From Abditibacterium sp. (GTDB taxonomy: Bacteria > Armatimonadota > Abditibacteriia > Abditibacteriales > Abditibacteriaceae), in contig CBDASK010000003.1 of the NCBI GenBank assembly GCA_965199495.1, forward strand, positions 992,001-1,056,000: a stretch of DNA of 64,000 nucleotides, written 5' to 3'. Under the pieces are notes generated by a model. The model worked only from the letters and a program-made list of their open reading frames with translations, searched no databases and was not told the origin of the DNA. The position numbers and the translations under genes were made by a program. Shown in pieces: positions 39,560-49,792 of this stretch (position 1 is the first letter of the stretch; every line of letters starts with the position of its first letter).

Positions 39560-41116
39560 TTATCGCAAAGTAATCTTTACCGAATGCGCACCCGTCAACG
39601 TGGCCGGAATGAACGCGCTTTTGCTCGCCTTGCCGTCAATCATCACATTTGAGATTCGGTTGCCCTGCCCTTGCAGCGCGATGTCGAGCGTGGCGCCGCG
39701 ATATTTCAGGCCGGAAAGTTCGACGTTGCCCCAACCGGCGGGCAGCGTCGGCGCGAGCATTACGCCGTCGGGCTGGAAGTTCATGCCGAACAGTCCCTGA
39801 TACATCATGCGCAGATAACCCGTCGCCGACCACGTTTGATCCAAGAGCGGCCCCCAGTGAAAACCCTGCCAACCGCCGTCGCCCTTGCCGGTGAGGGGAT
39901 TGTAAATTTCATTGAAATTGTCGCCGCTACTGATGCCTAAAAGCGCCACATTTTCGGTTTCGTTCTTGAAGGTCGCCACGTCGCCGGTTTGCGTGGCGGC
40001 GGTCGCCCACATCCCGTTGACCAGAGGCCACACCATCACGTTATGGCGGCCCGGCTTTTCGTCGGAAAAGCGCGCGAAATGCGGCCATTGCGTCGTGATA
40101 CCGTTGGGCGAAATATGCGCTTTTTTCAAAATGCTGGCGGCTTTGGCTTTGTCCGCGACGCCTGACAAAATCGCGAACGACAAACCGATGCCTTCTTGCG
40201 TTGCGTCGCGCTCGCCGGTTTTTGGCCCGGCGCCGTAAACGAAATAATCGTAAGTGCCTTTGTCGGCGTTCCAGAGTTTGCTGTTGATGGCGATTTTCAG
40301 CGCATCCGCCGCATTGTCAAAGGCCGTGGCTTGTGTGGCGGGACGGCCCAATTCGCGCGCCATATTCGCGGCGTTGCGATAGCCCGCGTAGTAAACGCAG
40401 TTGGTGCTGAGCGCCATCAAATCCTGGCTGTAATGATGATCTAAAACGAAGCCGCTGCCGTTGGTCGGATCATAAATCGGTTCGGGATAGGCGGCGATAC
40501 CGTCGGCAAAAACGGCTGGGCCGCGAAATAAACCGTAAGTCGGATTGAAATACTCGGCGCGCGTCAATTTGAGTTCGTCCTGCGCGACGCCGTAAGCCGT
40601 TTGCAAAAATTCACGGTCGCCAGTCACTTTATAATGGTTCCACGCCGCCGTAATCCAGATGACTTTGTCCCACCACTGATTATCGCGCTGCAAAACGATG
40701 CTGCCATCATCCTGTTTCTGGCAGACCGCCCACAACGTGTTGCGCGCCACGGCGGGTTCGAGCAGCGAAGCCGCGTTCCAACTGTTGATCGAAGCGTCGC
40801 GCGTCCACGGCTCGTTATAGCCGCCGCCCGCTTTAACGAAGAGTTTGGAATCGCCCATCAAACCGGCTTTGTCGTGTTTATTTTCGGCGTCGGCCACGGT
40901 GTTGATGCGCAGCAAGTTATCGAGCGCATCGTCGTAAGCGCGGCCCAAAGTGCGCTGCGTCAAACCGTTCTCGAATCGCAATTTGGGTGCATGACTCAAG
41001 CGCGTCGCCGTGGCTACTGCGTTGGCGGGCGCGGTTTGGGCCAATGCTGGCGCGTGGCTGACGAGGAGCGCCGCCGACAAAACGGCGAAAATAGAGACGA
41101 TTTTGGATCGAAGCAT
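39560..41116 (-). CDS. Secreted (alpha/alpha)6-barrel glycoside hydrolase with GH65-like C-terminal domain
   Basis: Signal peptide, WTRDASINSW, DGIAAYP, WPLVNG, QTWSATGYLRM and PTLPAGW. Confidence 0.78.
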   Translation of the reverse strand: MLRSKIVSIFAVLSAALLVSHAPALAQTAPANAVATATRLSHAPKLRFENGLTQRTLGRAYDDALDNLLRINTVADAENKHDKAGLMGDSKLFVKAGGGYNEPWTRDASINSWNAASLLEPAVARNTLWAVCQKQDDGSIVLQRDNQWWDKVIWITAAWNHYKVTGDREFLQTAYGVAQDELKLTRAEYFNPTYGLFRGPAVFADGIAAYPEPIYDPTNGSGFVLDHHYSQDLMALSTNCVYYAGYRNAANMARELGRPATQATAFDNAADALKIAINSKLWNADKGTYDYFVYGAGPKTGERDATQEGIGLSFAILSGVADKAKAASILKKAHISPNGITTQWPHFARFSDEKPGRHNVMVWPLVNGMWATAATQTGDVATFKNETENVALLGISSGDNFNEIYNPLTGKGDGGWQGFHWGPLLDQTWSATGYLRMMYQGLFGMNFQPDGVMLAPTLPAGWGNVELSGLKYRGATLDIALQGQGNRISNVMIDGKASKSAFIPATLTGAHSVKITLR

Positions 41117-41146
41117 GAATTGAAATAGAAGAAACACAGTTGGTTT

Positions 41147-41255
41147 GTAGTGTCGCCCTAAGGCGAACGGGCGAGGCTAACCAAGACCAGCAGGGGATGC
41201 TTTGTTATCCGAATTCGCCTCACGGCGACACTACGAACCGGCGACACTACGAACC
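41147..41255. repeat. GTAG-tagged REP-like doublet with 16-bp tandem duplication of one end
   Basis: GTAGTGTCGCCCTAAGGCGAA...TTCGCCTCACGGCGACACTAC. GGCGACACTACGAACC is repeated at 41224-41239 and 41240-41255. Confidence 0.75.
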
Positions 41256-41613
41256 TGACCACAAGCCAACTGCGTTTCTCCTTCACGTTTGAGCGGGGGG
41301 CAAGAGAAAGCGAAAACGGCTCGCATTATGGAAGTGCCAAAATTGGAGTGGTTGATTTTAAGACAACGCAGAAGTGTTCTTTCAAGTGACAGTTCTTACT
41401 TTCAAATACCAGCCAACCATGCTTGGACATTTCCTGTTTTCTGTCTCGTCAAAATCAACCGTTCCAAGTTTGGCACTCCCTTCAAGGAAAGAGCAAGCGG
41501 TAGCATTCCCACTCTGGTAAATTATTTTAACAAGTCGTTTCAAAAAGTAAATAGCCGAAATTTCTTTTGGTCGCTTTTCTTTTACAAGAGCCACGCACGA
41601 TTTGTATTACTTC

Positions 41614-43587
41614 ATGCCTCTCATTAACAATTTTCGTTATCGTCCCGAAATAGATGGGCTACGGGCTATCGCCGTTATGGCTGTTGTGCTGTTTCATGCC
41701 GAGTTCGGTTGTCCCGGTGGCTATGTGGGCGTTGACGTGTTCTTCGTGATTTCTGGTTTCCTCATCACGTCTTTGATTTGGAAAGATTTGGAAAGCGGGC
41801 GCTTTTCCATGCTGAATTTTTGGGAGAGACGGGCACGGCGTATTGTGCCCGCTCTGGTCGTGGTGACGTTGGCGACTTTAGTGGCGGGATGGTTTTTGTT
41901 GGCGCCTCCCGATTTTAAAAGTTTGGGCCAGGCCAGTGCCGCTCAGGCGGTTTTCATGGCGAACGTTCATTATTGGCGCGATACCGGTTATTTCGGTGGA
42001 GCCTCCGTTGAAAAACCATTGCTTCATACCTGGTCGTTGGCCGTCGAAGAACAGTTTTATCTCGTTGTACCCTTTCTGATGTGGCTGATGTTCTTTTTGC
42101 GCACTCTGCGAACGCGCAAAGGAGTAATTTTCCTCTTATCAATCGGTTGGATACTAAGTTTTGTTCTGAGCGTTTATGGAATGTCTCTCTCGCCAGGATT
42201 TACTTTTTATATGTTGCCTACGCGCGCCTGGGAGATTTTAACGGGTTCGTTGTTCGCTTTTATCGGGTTTCCATTGGTTCTGGCGAAACGCCAGTATTTA
42301 AGGGAAATTCTGGTATTTGTGGGCTTGGCGCTCATTGTGATTCCGATTTTCGTTTATACGCTAAGAACTTCTTTTCCTGGCACGCTGGCTCTGCCGCCCT
42401 GCTTGGGCGCGGCTTTGTTTATCTGGGCCAACAAACGCAGTGAAACCGCCGACAAGAACGCGATTCCACCGAGTTTCGCCGGAAGATGTTTGGCTGCAAA
42501 ACCGGTCGTTTTCATCGGTTTGATTTCCTACTCGTTCTATTTGTGGCATTGGCCGTTCCTTGCGTTCAGTCATTACCGGATTTTGTCGCCGTTAAGCGCG
42601 GGCTATCGCGTTTCGATGGTCGCGCTGGGATTTATCTGCGCAGTTCTTTCGTGGAAGTTTGTCGAAACGCCTTTTCGCGAGCGCCACATTGGGGACTCGC
42701 GCAAATCGGTCTTTGCTTTTGCCGGGAGTGGTCTGGCTTTGGTTTTTGCTCTGGGCTTGATTTGCATGGTGCGCCAGGGTTTTCCGGGACGATATTCGGA
42801 GCAGGCCCAAAAATTCGCTGATATTGCAACCGATACGTCCGATTCGGGCTTCAATAAATCACTTGATGCGAGCGACGTGCGGTCGGACAAACTGATCGAA
42901 ATAGGCGCCACCAATCCCAAGCTGCTGCGCACGGTTTTGGTATGGGGCGATAGCCATGTAATGTCGGCTTTGCCAGCGATTGACGCGGTTCTCAAGGAAA
43001 AGGGCATGGCTGGCGTTGCAGCGCCCCGCGCCGCCGTGGCTCCTGTGTTAGGCTGGAGCTTGGCACCTCAGTTGGTGGCAGATCCAGCCGTGAGCTTCAA
43101 CGACGCTGTTTTAGCGAATATCCAAAAACACCGTTACCACGAGGTGATTTTAATCGCGCACTGGCGGGGTTACTCCGATGAGGACAATTACAGTCCAAAT
43201 TTCACTGCGGCATTGCTAAAAGCAGTGCAAGATGTGGTTAAGGCTGGCTCCAAACCATTGGTCATGTTGGACGTGCCCGATGCCAAATTTAATGTCCCCA
43301 GAGCGTTGTGGCTTTCCGAGACTTCGCACGGTAACATCGAATCCTATTATAAAAAGACCTCCGCCGCTGGGATCATCGACTACTTCAAACCCGATACCCT
43401 CGCCGCTTTGCGCGCGGCAGGGGCGGAAATTTTGAATCCGAAGTCGGAATTTTTGGATTCCAGCAAACAACATTACATAGTAACCAAAGGGGACATTGTG
43501 CTCTACTACGATGAAAATCATCTAACGGCAGCGGGAGCCAAAACGATGTTAGTCCCCTTTTTCCGCGAAAAGGTTTTCTCAAAATAA
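41614..43587 (+). CDS. O-acyltransferase (Acyl_transf_3 + SGNH, OafA-like)
   Basis: YRPEIDGLRAIAV, GVDVFFVISGFLIT, HTWSLAVEEQFY, WGDSH and YYDENHLT. Confidence 0.93.
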   Translation: MPLINNFRYRPEIDGLRAIAVMAVVLFHAEFGCPGGYVGVDVFFVISGFLITSLIWKDLESGRFSMLNFWERRARRIVPALVVVTLATLVAGWFLLAPPDFKSLGQASAAQAVFMANVHYWRDTGYFGGASVEKPLLHTWSLAVEEQFYLVVPFLMWLMFFLRTLRTRKGVIFLLSIGWILSFVLSVYGMSLSPGFTFYMLPTRAWEILTGSLFAFIGFPLVLAKRQYLREILVFVGLALIVIPIFVYTLRTSFPGTLALPPCLGAALFIWANKRSETADKNAIPPSFAGRCLAAKPVVFIGLISYSFYLWHWPFLAFSHYRILSPLSAGYRVSMVALGFICAVLSWKFVETPFRERHIGDSRKSVFAFAGSGLALVFALGLICMVRQGFPGRYSEQAQKFADIATDTSDSGFNKSLDASDVRSDKLIEIGATNPKLLRTVLVWGDSHVMSALPAIDAVLKEKGMAGVAAPRAAVAPVLGWSLAPQLVADPAVSFNDAVLANIQKHRYHEVILIAHWRGYSDEDNYSPNFTAALLKAVQDVVKAGSKPLVMLDVPDAKFNVPRALWLSETSHGNIESYYKKTSAAGIIDYFKPDTLAALRAAGAEILNPKSEFLDSSKQHYIVTKGDIVLYYDENHLTAAGAKTMLVPFFREKVFSK

Positions 43588-43626
43588 CATGATCAAAAGT
43601 AGGTGCCGAGCCACCGCCCTTTTTGT

Positions 43627-44826
43627 TTAGCGCACGCCCGCATCCACGAGCGGTGGCTTGCGTTTGCGCAGCGATAATTCCCAGCGGCCCAGCAAACCTG
43701 CCGGACGCACCAGCATCATGCCGATGAGAATCAGCGCATAAATCACGTAGCGCAGCGCGCCCTTGTTGGATTCGAGCCAATCTTGATTATGATTGGCGAA
43801 CCACAAAAATACGCCCAAAACGATGAGGGACGTGACCGCGCCAATCGCCCAACGCGCCAACGTGCGTGCTTTGAAGGCCTCCCAACCGGTTAAAGCCAAG
43901 CCTAAAATGAACAAGACCGGCACGACCCAGAAAACGCTGCTGGCGTTGCGCAGGGCTTCTTCCAAAAACTTGAGGCCCGTCGCCGAAACGACCGAACCCG
44001 TGATCGAACCCAAACCGCCCAAAACGACCATCACCACGATTTCGACCGATTTGACGAAGGTGAACGAATCGGGGTTGGCCAAGCCGAGATAATGCACTTG
44101 CAGCGCGCCCGCGATGCCCGCCCACATCGCCGAAATCACGAACGCCAAAACTTTGATGCCGGTCGTGTTAATGCCAACGGCTTCGGCGGCGACTTCGTCG
44201 TCGCGAATCGCTTTCATCGAGCGCCCCAGCTGCGAGTTGACCAAGTTGCGCACGCAGAAAATGCACCCAACAACAAACGCGAAAATCCACACCAGATTGG
44301 CGTATTGCGGAATCGAGTTGAAGCCCGTCGCGCCACCGATTTCTTTGGCGTTCTGGATAATCGAGATGATAATCTGGTTGAATCCCAGCGTCACAATCGC
44401 CAGATAATCACCGCGCAATCGCAAAGAAGGCAAGCCCACGAGCAAGCCCGCGATGCCAGCAGCCACGGCGCCCAGAAGAATGGCGATGACGAAAATAAGT
44501 TGCGGTGGCAGAGCTAAATACGGACTCGCGTAAAAGCTAAACGCCGCCGAAGCGTAGGCGCCGACCGCCATGAATCCAGCGTGTCCCAACGAAAACTGGC
44601 CGGTGATGCCGTTGATTAAATTCAGGCTGACCGCCAGAATAATATTGACGCCAACGAGCGCGATAACCGTGGTGACGTAAGGATTGAAACGGTCGCGCAG
44701 CAACGTTTGCAAGCCCGCTAAGATCGCCACAATAACGACCGCACCGAGGACGCGCAGCACCCAGTTGGGCGCCGCGTGCTGCGGGTGAAAGCGCACTTGG
44801 CTGCGCGAGGAAGAAGTATCAACCAT
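43627..44826 (-). CDS. livM: Branched-chain amino acid ABC permease
   Basis: GQFSLGHAGFMAVGAY, LRLRGDYLAIVTLGF and AIRDDEVAAEAVGIN. Confidence 0.92.
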   Translation of the reverse strand: MVDTSSSRSQVRFHPQHAAPNWVLRVLGAVVIVAILAGLQTLLRDRFNPYVTTVIALVGVNIILAVSLNLINGITGQFSLGHAGFMAVGAYASAAFSFYASPYLALPPQLIFVIAILLGAVAAGIAGLLVGLPSLRLRGDYLAIVTLGFNQIIISIIQNAKEIGGATGFNSIPQYANLVWIFAFVVGCIFCVRNLVNSQLGRSMKAIRDDEVAAEAVGINTTGIKVLAFVISAMWAGIAGALQVHYLGLANPDSFTFVKSVEIVVMVVLGGLGSITGSVVSATGLKFLEEALRNASSVFWVVPVLFILGLALTGWEAFKARTLARWAIGAVTSLIVLGVFLWFANHNQDWLESNKGALRYVIYALILIGMMLVRPAGLLGRWELSLRKRKPPLVDAGVR

Positions 44827-44834
44827 ATTTTGCA

Positions 44835-44905
44835 AAAGGATAAAGGCTAAAGAATGAAAGAGGCGGGAAGAATTTTATCCTTTAGCCTTTATCCTTCAGC
44901 CTTTC
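44835..44905. repeat. Inverted array of 7-bp repeats (AAAGGAT/AAAGGCT ... ATCCTTT/AGCCTTT)
   Basis: Three to four degenerate heptamers on each side, filling the livH-livM spacer. Confidence 0.7.
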
Positions 44906-45808
44906 CTACACTTTCTCGGCGACGTTGCGGCCCATGATGCCCGCCGGTTTGAACAGCAAAACCACGATCAAAATCGTGAAAGCAATCGCGTCCGAATAGG
45001 CCGAACCGTTGGGCACGAACGAGATCACTAAAACTTCGGCGAAGCCCATCAAAAGTCCGCCCAACATCGCGCCGGGAATCGAGCCGATGCCGCCCAAAAC
45101 CGCCGCCACAAACGCTTTTAAGCCGACCTGCAAACCGACCAAAGGCGTAATTGTCGGCTGGTAAACGCCCGTCAAAACGCCCGCCGCCGCCGCCAAAGCG
45201 CTGCCCAGCGCGAACGTAATCGCGATGACGATTTCGGTATTGACGCCCATTAAAGCCGCCGCCGCGCGGTCGAGCGACACCGCGCGCATCGCGCGTCCGG
45301 TTTTGGTTTTTTGCACGATCCATTGCAACCCGAACATCAGCAAGGCCGCCACCACGATAATCAGCAGTTGCACAACCGATAGGCTCCAGGTGCCCGCGTC
45401 GTAAATCGGTCTGTCTTGAATCAGCGCCGGAAACGGTTGCGGGTTGGGGCCAAACACCAACTGTCCGCCATATTCGAGCAACATGGACATGCCAATTGCC
45501 GTGATTAAAAGTGTCAGTTTGGGCGAGTTGCGCAAGGGCCGATAAGCGAAGCGTTCGATGAGAATGCCCGCGATGGCCGCGCCCAGCATTGCCACGGCGA
45601 GCGACGCCAGCGCGACAAGCGGCGAAAACGTGCCATCGGGCCGCGCGCCCAAACGCGCCGCCGCGAACACGCCGAAATAAGCGCCCAACATATAAACGTC
45701 GCCATGCGCGAAGTTAATCAGGCGCAGCACGCCATAGACCATCGTGTAGCCCAACGCAATCAGCGCGTAAATCGAACCCTGCGTCAAACCGTTGATGAAT
45801 TGTTGCAT
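44906..45808 (-). CDS. livH: Branched-chain amino acid ABC permease
   Basis: GSIYALIALGYTMVYGVLRLINFAHG and KAFVAAVLGGIGSIPGA. Confidence 0.95.
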   Translation of the reverse strand: MQQFINGLTQGSIYALIALGYTMVYGVLRLINFAHGDVYMLGAYFGVFAAARLGARPDGTFSPLVALASLAVAMLGAAIAGILIERFAYRPLRNSPKLTLLITAIGMSMLLEYGGQLVFGPNPQPFPALIQDRPIYDAGTWSLSVVQLLIIVVAALLMFGLQWIVQKTKTGRAMRAVSLDRAAAALMGVNTEIVIAITFALGSALAAAAGVLTGVYQPTITPLVGLQVGLKAFVAAVLGGIGSIPGAMLGGLLMGFAEVLVISFVPNGSAYSDAIAFTILIVVLLFKPAGIMGRNVAEKV

Positions 45809-45811
45809 TTT

Positions 45812-45911
45812 TCAGGTGTCAGGTGTCAGGTGTCAGGTGTCAGGTGTGGAAATCGCGCCGCGTTGTCCATGCGCTTTCCCTGACACCTGTTCCCTGATAC
45901 CTGACACCTGA
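45812..45911. repeat. Inverted array of 7-bp repeats (TCAGGTG)5 ... (CACCTGA)n
   Basis: Five exact TCAGGTG copies at 45812-45846 and degenerate reverse copies at about 45879-45911. Confidence 0.85.
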
Positions 45912-45915
45912 AAAT

Positions 45916-47136
45916 TCAGCCGCCCGGCACGACGACGGTTTTGCCGTCCTGGATTTTGATAATCACCAATTTCTTATCGGCGTTACGATCTTTGTTCATC
46001 GAAATATTTCCGGTTACGCCCTGAAAATCTTTGGTGGCGGCCAGAGCATCGCGCAGTTTGGCGCGGTCGGTGTTGCCCGCGCGCGTGATGGCGTCGAACA
46101 TGATATAGGCGGCGTCATAAGCCACGGCGGCCAGAGCGTCGGGCACTTCGCCGTATTTCTGCTTGTAATCGGCCACGAATTTCACGACTTTGGGATTTTG
46201 GTCTTCGGGCGAATAGTGGTTGGAGAAATACGAATTGTTGACCGCGCTCTTACCGATCTCAAACAGTTTGGGCGAATCCCAGCCGTCGCTGCCCATCAAA
46301 GTTTGGTTCATGCCCAAGCTACGCGCCTGCACCGCGATGTTGCCGACTTCGGTGTAGTAGCCGGGAATGTAAATCACGTCGGGATTGGCGCCCTTGATGT
46401 TGGTCAGTTGCGCGCGGAAGTTGGTATCGCCCGCCTGATAACTTTCGGTTGCCACGATTTTGCCGCCGATTTTGGTGAACGAATCCTTGAAATACTGCGA
46501 CAAGCCTTTGGAATAATCGCTTTTCACGTCGGTGAAAAGCGCGGCGGTTTTGGCGCCCAGTTTGTTTTTGGAAAAATTGGCCAGACTTTCGCCCACATAC
46601 GGATCGATGAAACAGGCGCGAAAAATGTAATCGCCGACTTGGGTGACTTTGGGGTTAGTCGAAGTTGGCGACAGCATCGGTACGCCCGCCTTCTGGCAAA
46701 TCGGCGCCGCCGCGAGCGAACTCGACGACGCGACTTCGCCCATGACCGCCAAAACATTGTCTTCGTTGATGAGTTTCAAAACCGCCGAAGGAACTTGAGC
46801 GGCCTGCGAGTTATCGTCTTCGACGCGCACTTCGACGGGCTTGCCCAAAACGCCGCCTTTGGCGTTGATTTCGGCGATGGCCATTTTAATCGCGTTATCA
46901 GTCGAAGTGCCAAACGACGCCTGCGATCCGGTCAGAGCGCCGTATTCGCCCAGCACGATGGTTTTGGCATCGGCGGGATAGGGTTTGGCCGCCTGCGTGT
47001 TGGCGCCGGGCGCGCCCGACGTGGCTGCATTGTTGGCGGCGTCGGGCGTTTTGCAGCCGGCGAGCGCCAGAGATAGCGCGATGCCGGACAAAACTCCGGC
47101 CTGAAGCAAGGTTCGTCTGCGAAGAAGAGTATTCAT
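45916..47136 (-). CDS. livK: Branched-chain amino acid ABC substrate-binding lipoprotein
   Basis: Lipobox LAGC, INAKGGVLG, YIFRACFID, DYSKGL and GSDGWDS. Confidence 0.9.
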   Translation of the reverse strand: MNTLLRRRTLLQAGVLSGIALSLALAGCKTPDAANNAATSGAPGANTQAAKPYPADAKTIVLGEYGALTGSQASFGTSTDNAIKMAIAEINAKGGVLGKPVEVRVEDDNSQAAQVPSAVLKLINEDNVLAVMGEVASSSSLAAAPICQKAGVPMLSPTSTNPKVTQVGDYIFRACFIDPYVGESLANFSKNKLGAKTAALFTDVKSDYSKGLSQYFKDSFTKIGGKIVATESYQAGDTNFRAQLTNIKGANPDVIYIPGYYTEVGNIAVQARSLGMNQTLMGSDGWDSPKLFEIGKSAVNNSYFSNHYSPEDQNPKVVKFVADYKQKYGEVPDALAAVAYDAAYIMFDAITRAGNTDRAKLRDALAATKDFQGVTGNISMNKDRNADKKLVIIKIQDGKTVVVPGG

Positions 47137-47244
47137 AGTAGAAGGTGAAATGGGGGAAGTTAAAAACGCGCGAGGCGCGATAATTTTTCGACTTCCCTAT
47201 TTTAACAAACACGCGGTTTCAAGGATGTTACAGGCGAGATTTGA

Positions 47245-47523
47245 AATTATTTTAGCCACAAAAACACAGAACTTACAAAAGGCACAAAAAGGTAGGAGTT
47301 ACGCAGTTGGCCTGCGTTTGTCATTTCGAGCTTGCCGAGAAATCTTACGCCCGCGCGGCAGCGCAAGTAAAAGCCATTTTTACGTTCAACTCACGCGTCA
47401 TTTCCGCTGGCGCGGGGCCGTAAGATTTCTCGGCAAGCTCGAAATGACAAACGCAGGCCAACTGCGTAATTCCTGCCTTTTTGTGCCTTTTGTAAGTTCT
47501 GTGTTTTTGTAGCTAAAATAATT
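47245..47523. repeat. Composite palindromic element, TGTCATT family, copy D, arms of about 105 bp
   Basis: Arms at 47245-47349 and 47419-47523 differ at three positions. The outer part has CACAAAAA-type subrepeats and the inner part reads TGTCATTTCGAGCTTGCCGAGAAATCTT. Confidence 0.92.
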
Positions 47524-47538
47524 GACGCGATTCGCGCG

Positions 47539-48198
47539 TTACTTCCAAAACTGAAACAGTTGATAACCATCGCCCGCCAGATAGGGTGGCACGCCCAGCA
47601 AACCAGCGATGAGACGAACGACGCCGAAAAATAAAATATTCGCCTGTGGCACAAACCACAGCAATCCGAAGACGATATAAAATCCGAATTGTGCGGCGCC
47701 ATCAATGCGCGTTCGCAATTCGGTTGGCAGAAACGGGCGAATGATGCCGTAGCCGTCGAGCGGCGGAACCGGAACTAAATTTAGCACGACCGCCATAACT
47801 TGCAGCAAACACAAAAATGCCAAAGCGGGCCACAATCCGCCCTGTGCGTCGGGCACGAAGCGAAACGGCAACGCCAGCAAAATCGCCAACAGCAAATTGG
47901 AAAGTGGCCCGCCCGCCGAAACCAGACTGAGCCAGCGTTTGTCGGGAATGCGCGAACGGTCAATCCAAACCGCGCCGCCCGGCAGACCGATGCCGCCGAT
48001 AACTAAAAAGAAAATCGGCATCACGATGGAAAACATCGGGTCGATATATTTGAGCGGATTAAACGACAAATAGCCCTTTTCCCTGACCGAAGTGTCGCCG
48101 CCTTGAAAGGCTAAGCGCGCGTGCGAATATTCGTGCAAACAGAGCGAAAAAATCCAGCCCGCCAGCACGAACAAAAAAGTTTGAAGTCCCTGACTCAT
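47539..48198 (-). CDS. Site-2 protease (M50) family
   Basis: HEYSH, AGGPLSN and NLVPVPPLDG. Confidence 0.93.
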   Translation of the reverse strand: MSQGLQTFLFVLAGWIFSLCLHEYSHARLAFQGGDTSVREKGYLSFNPLKYIDPMFSIVMPIFFLVIGGIGLPGGAVWIDRSRIPDKRWLSLVSAGGPLSNLLLAILLALPFRFVPDAQGGLWPALAFLCLLQVMAVVLNLVPVPPLDGYGIIRPFLPTELRTRIDGAAQFGFYIVFGLLWFVPQANILFFGVVRLIAGLLGVPPYLAGDGYQLFQFWK

Positions 48199-48251
48199 GT
48201 GTGTTGGAGTTAAGCAGATTGTGGGCGTGCGCACGCTTAATCTGCCGAATC

Positions 48252-49184
48252 CTATCCTTGCAACTCTTTACCGACCAAACTACCTTTTTTCTCCGGTTGT
48301 TTGCCCGGCTTGACCGCCGCTTTGCTCAAAATTTTCGCGCGTTTGTTCAACTCTTTCTCGCGCGTTTTATAAATCGCGCGCGTTCTGGGTCGCACCTTTT
48401 TCTCACCGGTTTTCGGGTCGCGCTTGCGCAGTGGCAACGGCTCGACGCGCGGCGGAGTTTCGATATTTTCGACCGGCGCGAGCGGGAGGGGCATCAGACT
48501 TTTCTTGGGTTGAGCGCGCTTCTTTTTGCCTTCATCGCGCGTGAGATGCTCGAAACTCAACTCGCCTTTTTTGTTGCGCGAACGCCGGTTCTTTTGCAAC
48601 TCCTGCGCGACGCGGCGTTGGCGCACTTTGTCGGGATCGATGCCCGCCGCGATAAGCGCACTGTCCCACTGCTTGAAGCGGCGCTTGGCCGCGTTATAAA
48701 GCGGCGGATGGTTTTGCTGCACCAACTTGGAACTGAGCGGCGCCTCTTTTTCGGCCAACGCCTGAATCTCTTCGATGACGCGTTGCGGCGTCCAATGGCG
48801 ATAGCGCGCGACTTTCTCGTAGTCAATGCCCGCCGCCGTCACCGCCGCGAACCATGTGTCAAACCCGATATTGACGCGCACCGCCGCCGCCGCGAGGGCA
48901 GGCGCGCCCTCGGCGCTGATCACGCGCCACGACAAATCGCCGCCCGCCGCGTGATATTCGCGGATACCAGCAACGACGCGCTCTTTCGTCCAACGCCGAT
49001 ATTTGGAAACGTCGTCGTAGGAAAGCCCCGACGTTTCGATGGCGCGCTTCCATGTGCCGTAGTGCCACGCCGCCGCGCGCACCAAGTTCAGATGGTTATC
49101 TTCCGCCGACGAATAGTTCAGTTCCTCGCCCGCCGCGTTCAATTGGCGGATTTCTTCGATAATCGCTTTTCGTGTCCAACGCAT
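48252..49184 (-). CDS. Protein with three helical repeats of about 62 aa and a basic tail (resembles homing-endonuclease-associated repeats)
   Basis: WT..xII..I...F/Y.TW..A...AG(I/L)xY repeated three times, Lys/Arg-rich C-terminus. Confidence 0.7.
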   Translation of the reverse strand: MRWTRKAIIEEIRQLNAAGEELNYSSAEDNHLNLVRAAAWHYGTWKRAIETSGLSYDDVSKYRRWTKERVVAGIREYHAAGGDLSWRVISAEGAPALAAAAVRVNIGFDTWFAAVTAAGIDYEKVARYRHWTPQRVIEEIQALAEKEAPLSSKLVQQNHPPLYNAAKRRFKQWDSALIAAGIDPDKVRQRRVAQELQKNRRSRNKKGELSFEHLTRDEGKKKRAQPKKSLMPLPLAPVENIETPPRVEPLPLRKRDPKTGEKKVRPRTRAIYKTREKELNKRAKILSKAAVKPGKQPEKKGSLVGKELQG

Positions 49185-49275
49185 ATCACTCAATTATAGT
49201 GCAATGAACGCGCTCTGGGAACCTCTGACAATTGTGAATTTCAACACAAGAGCAATACCGGTATTCTTGATTAGT

Positions 49276-49734
49276 TTAAGCGGGCGTCAAAACAGCGTCG
49301 CCGCCTTGCAGTTTTACTTGGTAACGCGCCAGTGGCTTGGTGGCCGGGCCATGCTCGACTTTGCCATCAATGGTAAAAACCGAGCCGTGACAGGGACAAC
49401 CGAACGCCTTGGCTGGATTCTCTGCGCTCCAATTTACAGTGCAACCCGCGTGCGTGCAAACCGCATTGACCGCGCCCAATTCGCCGGATTTGGTGCGGAA
49501 CAGCAGACCAGCCACGCCGCCGGGAAACTCAAATGGCAGCGCTTGGCCGTTGTCCAAAGATTCGACCTGCGTTGCGTCTGTGATGACGAAGCCGTTGCCC
49601 TGCGCGACGGCCTGTGTTGCGCTCGATTGACCGGATTTAGAACCGCAACCGACCAAAGTTACACCCAAAGTGGCGGCGCAACCTTCGAGAAAAACGCGGC
49701 GCGAAAGCGAAATTTCGGTTTTTTCAGATTTCAT
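49276..49734 (-). CDS. Tat-exported Rieske (2Fe-2S) lipoprotein
   Basis: SRRVFL twin-arginine motif, LVGC lipobox, CTHAGC and CPCHGS. Confidence 0.92.
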   Translation of the reverse strand: MKSEKTEISLSRRVFLEGCAATLGVTLVGCGSKSGQSSATQAVAQGNGFVITDATQVESLDNGQALPFEFPGGVAGLLFRTKSGELGAVNAVCTHAGCTVNWSAENPAKAFGCPCHGSVFTIDGKVEHGPATKPLARYQVKLQGGDAVLTPA

Positions 49735-49792
49735 AGCAATTCAATTTAACTGACTCACCTTACTTAACCGCGTATTTTTTTACGCCTTCGAT

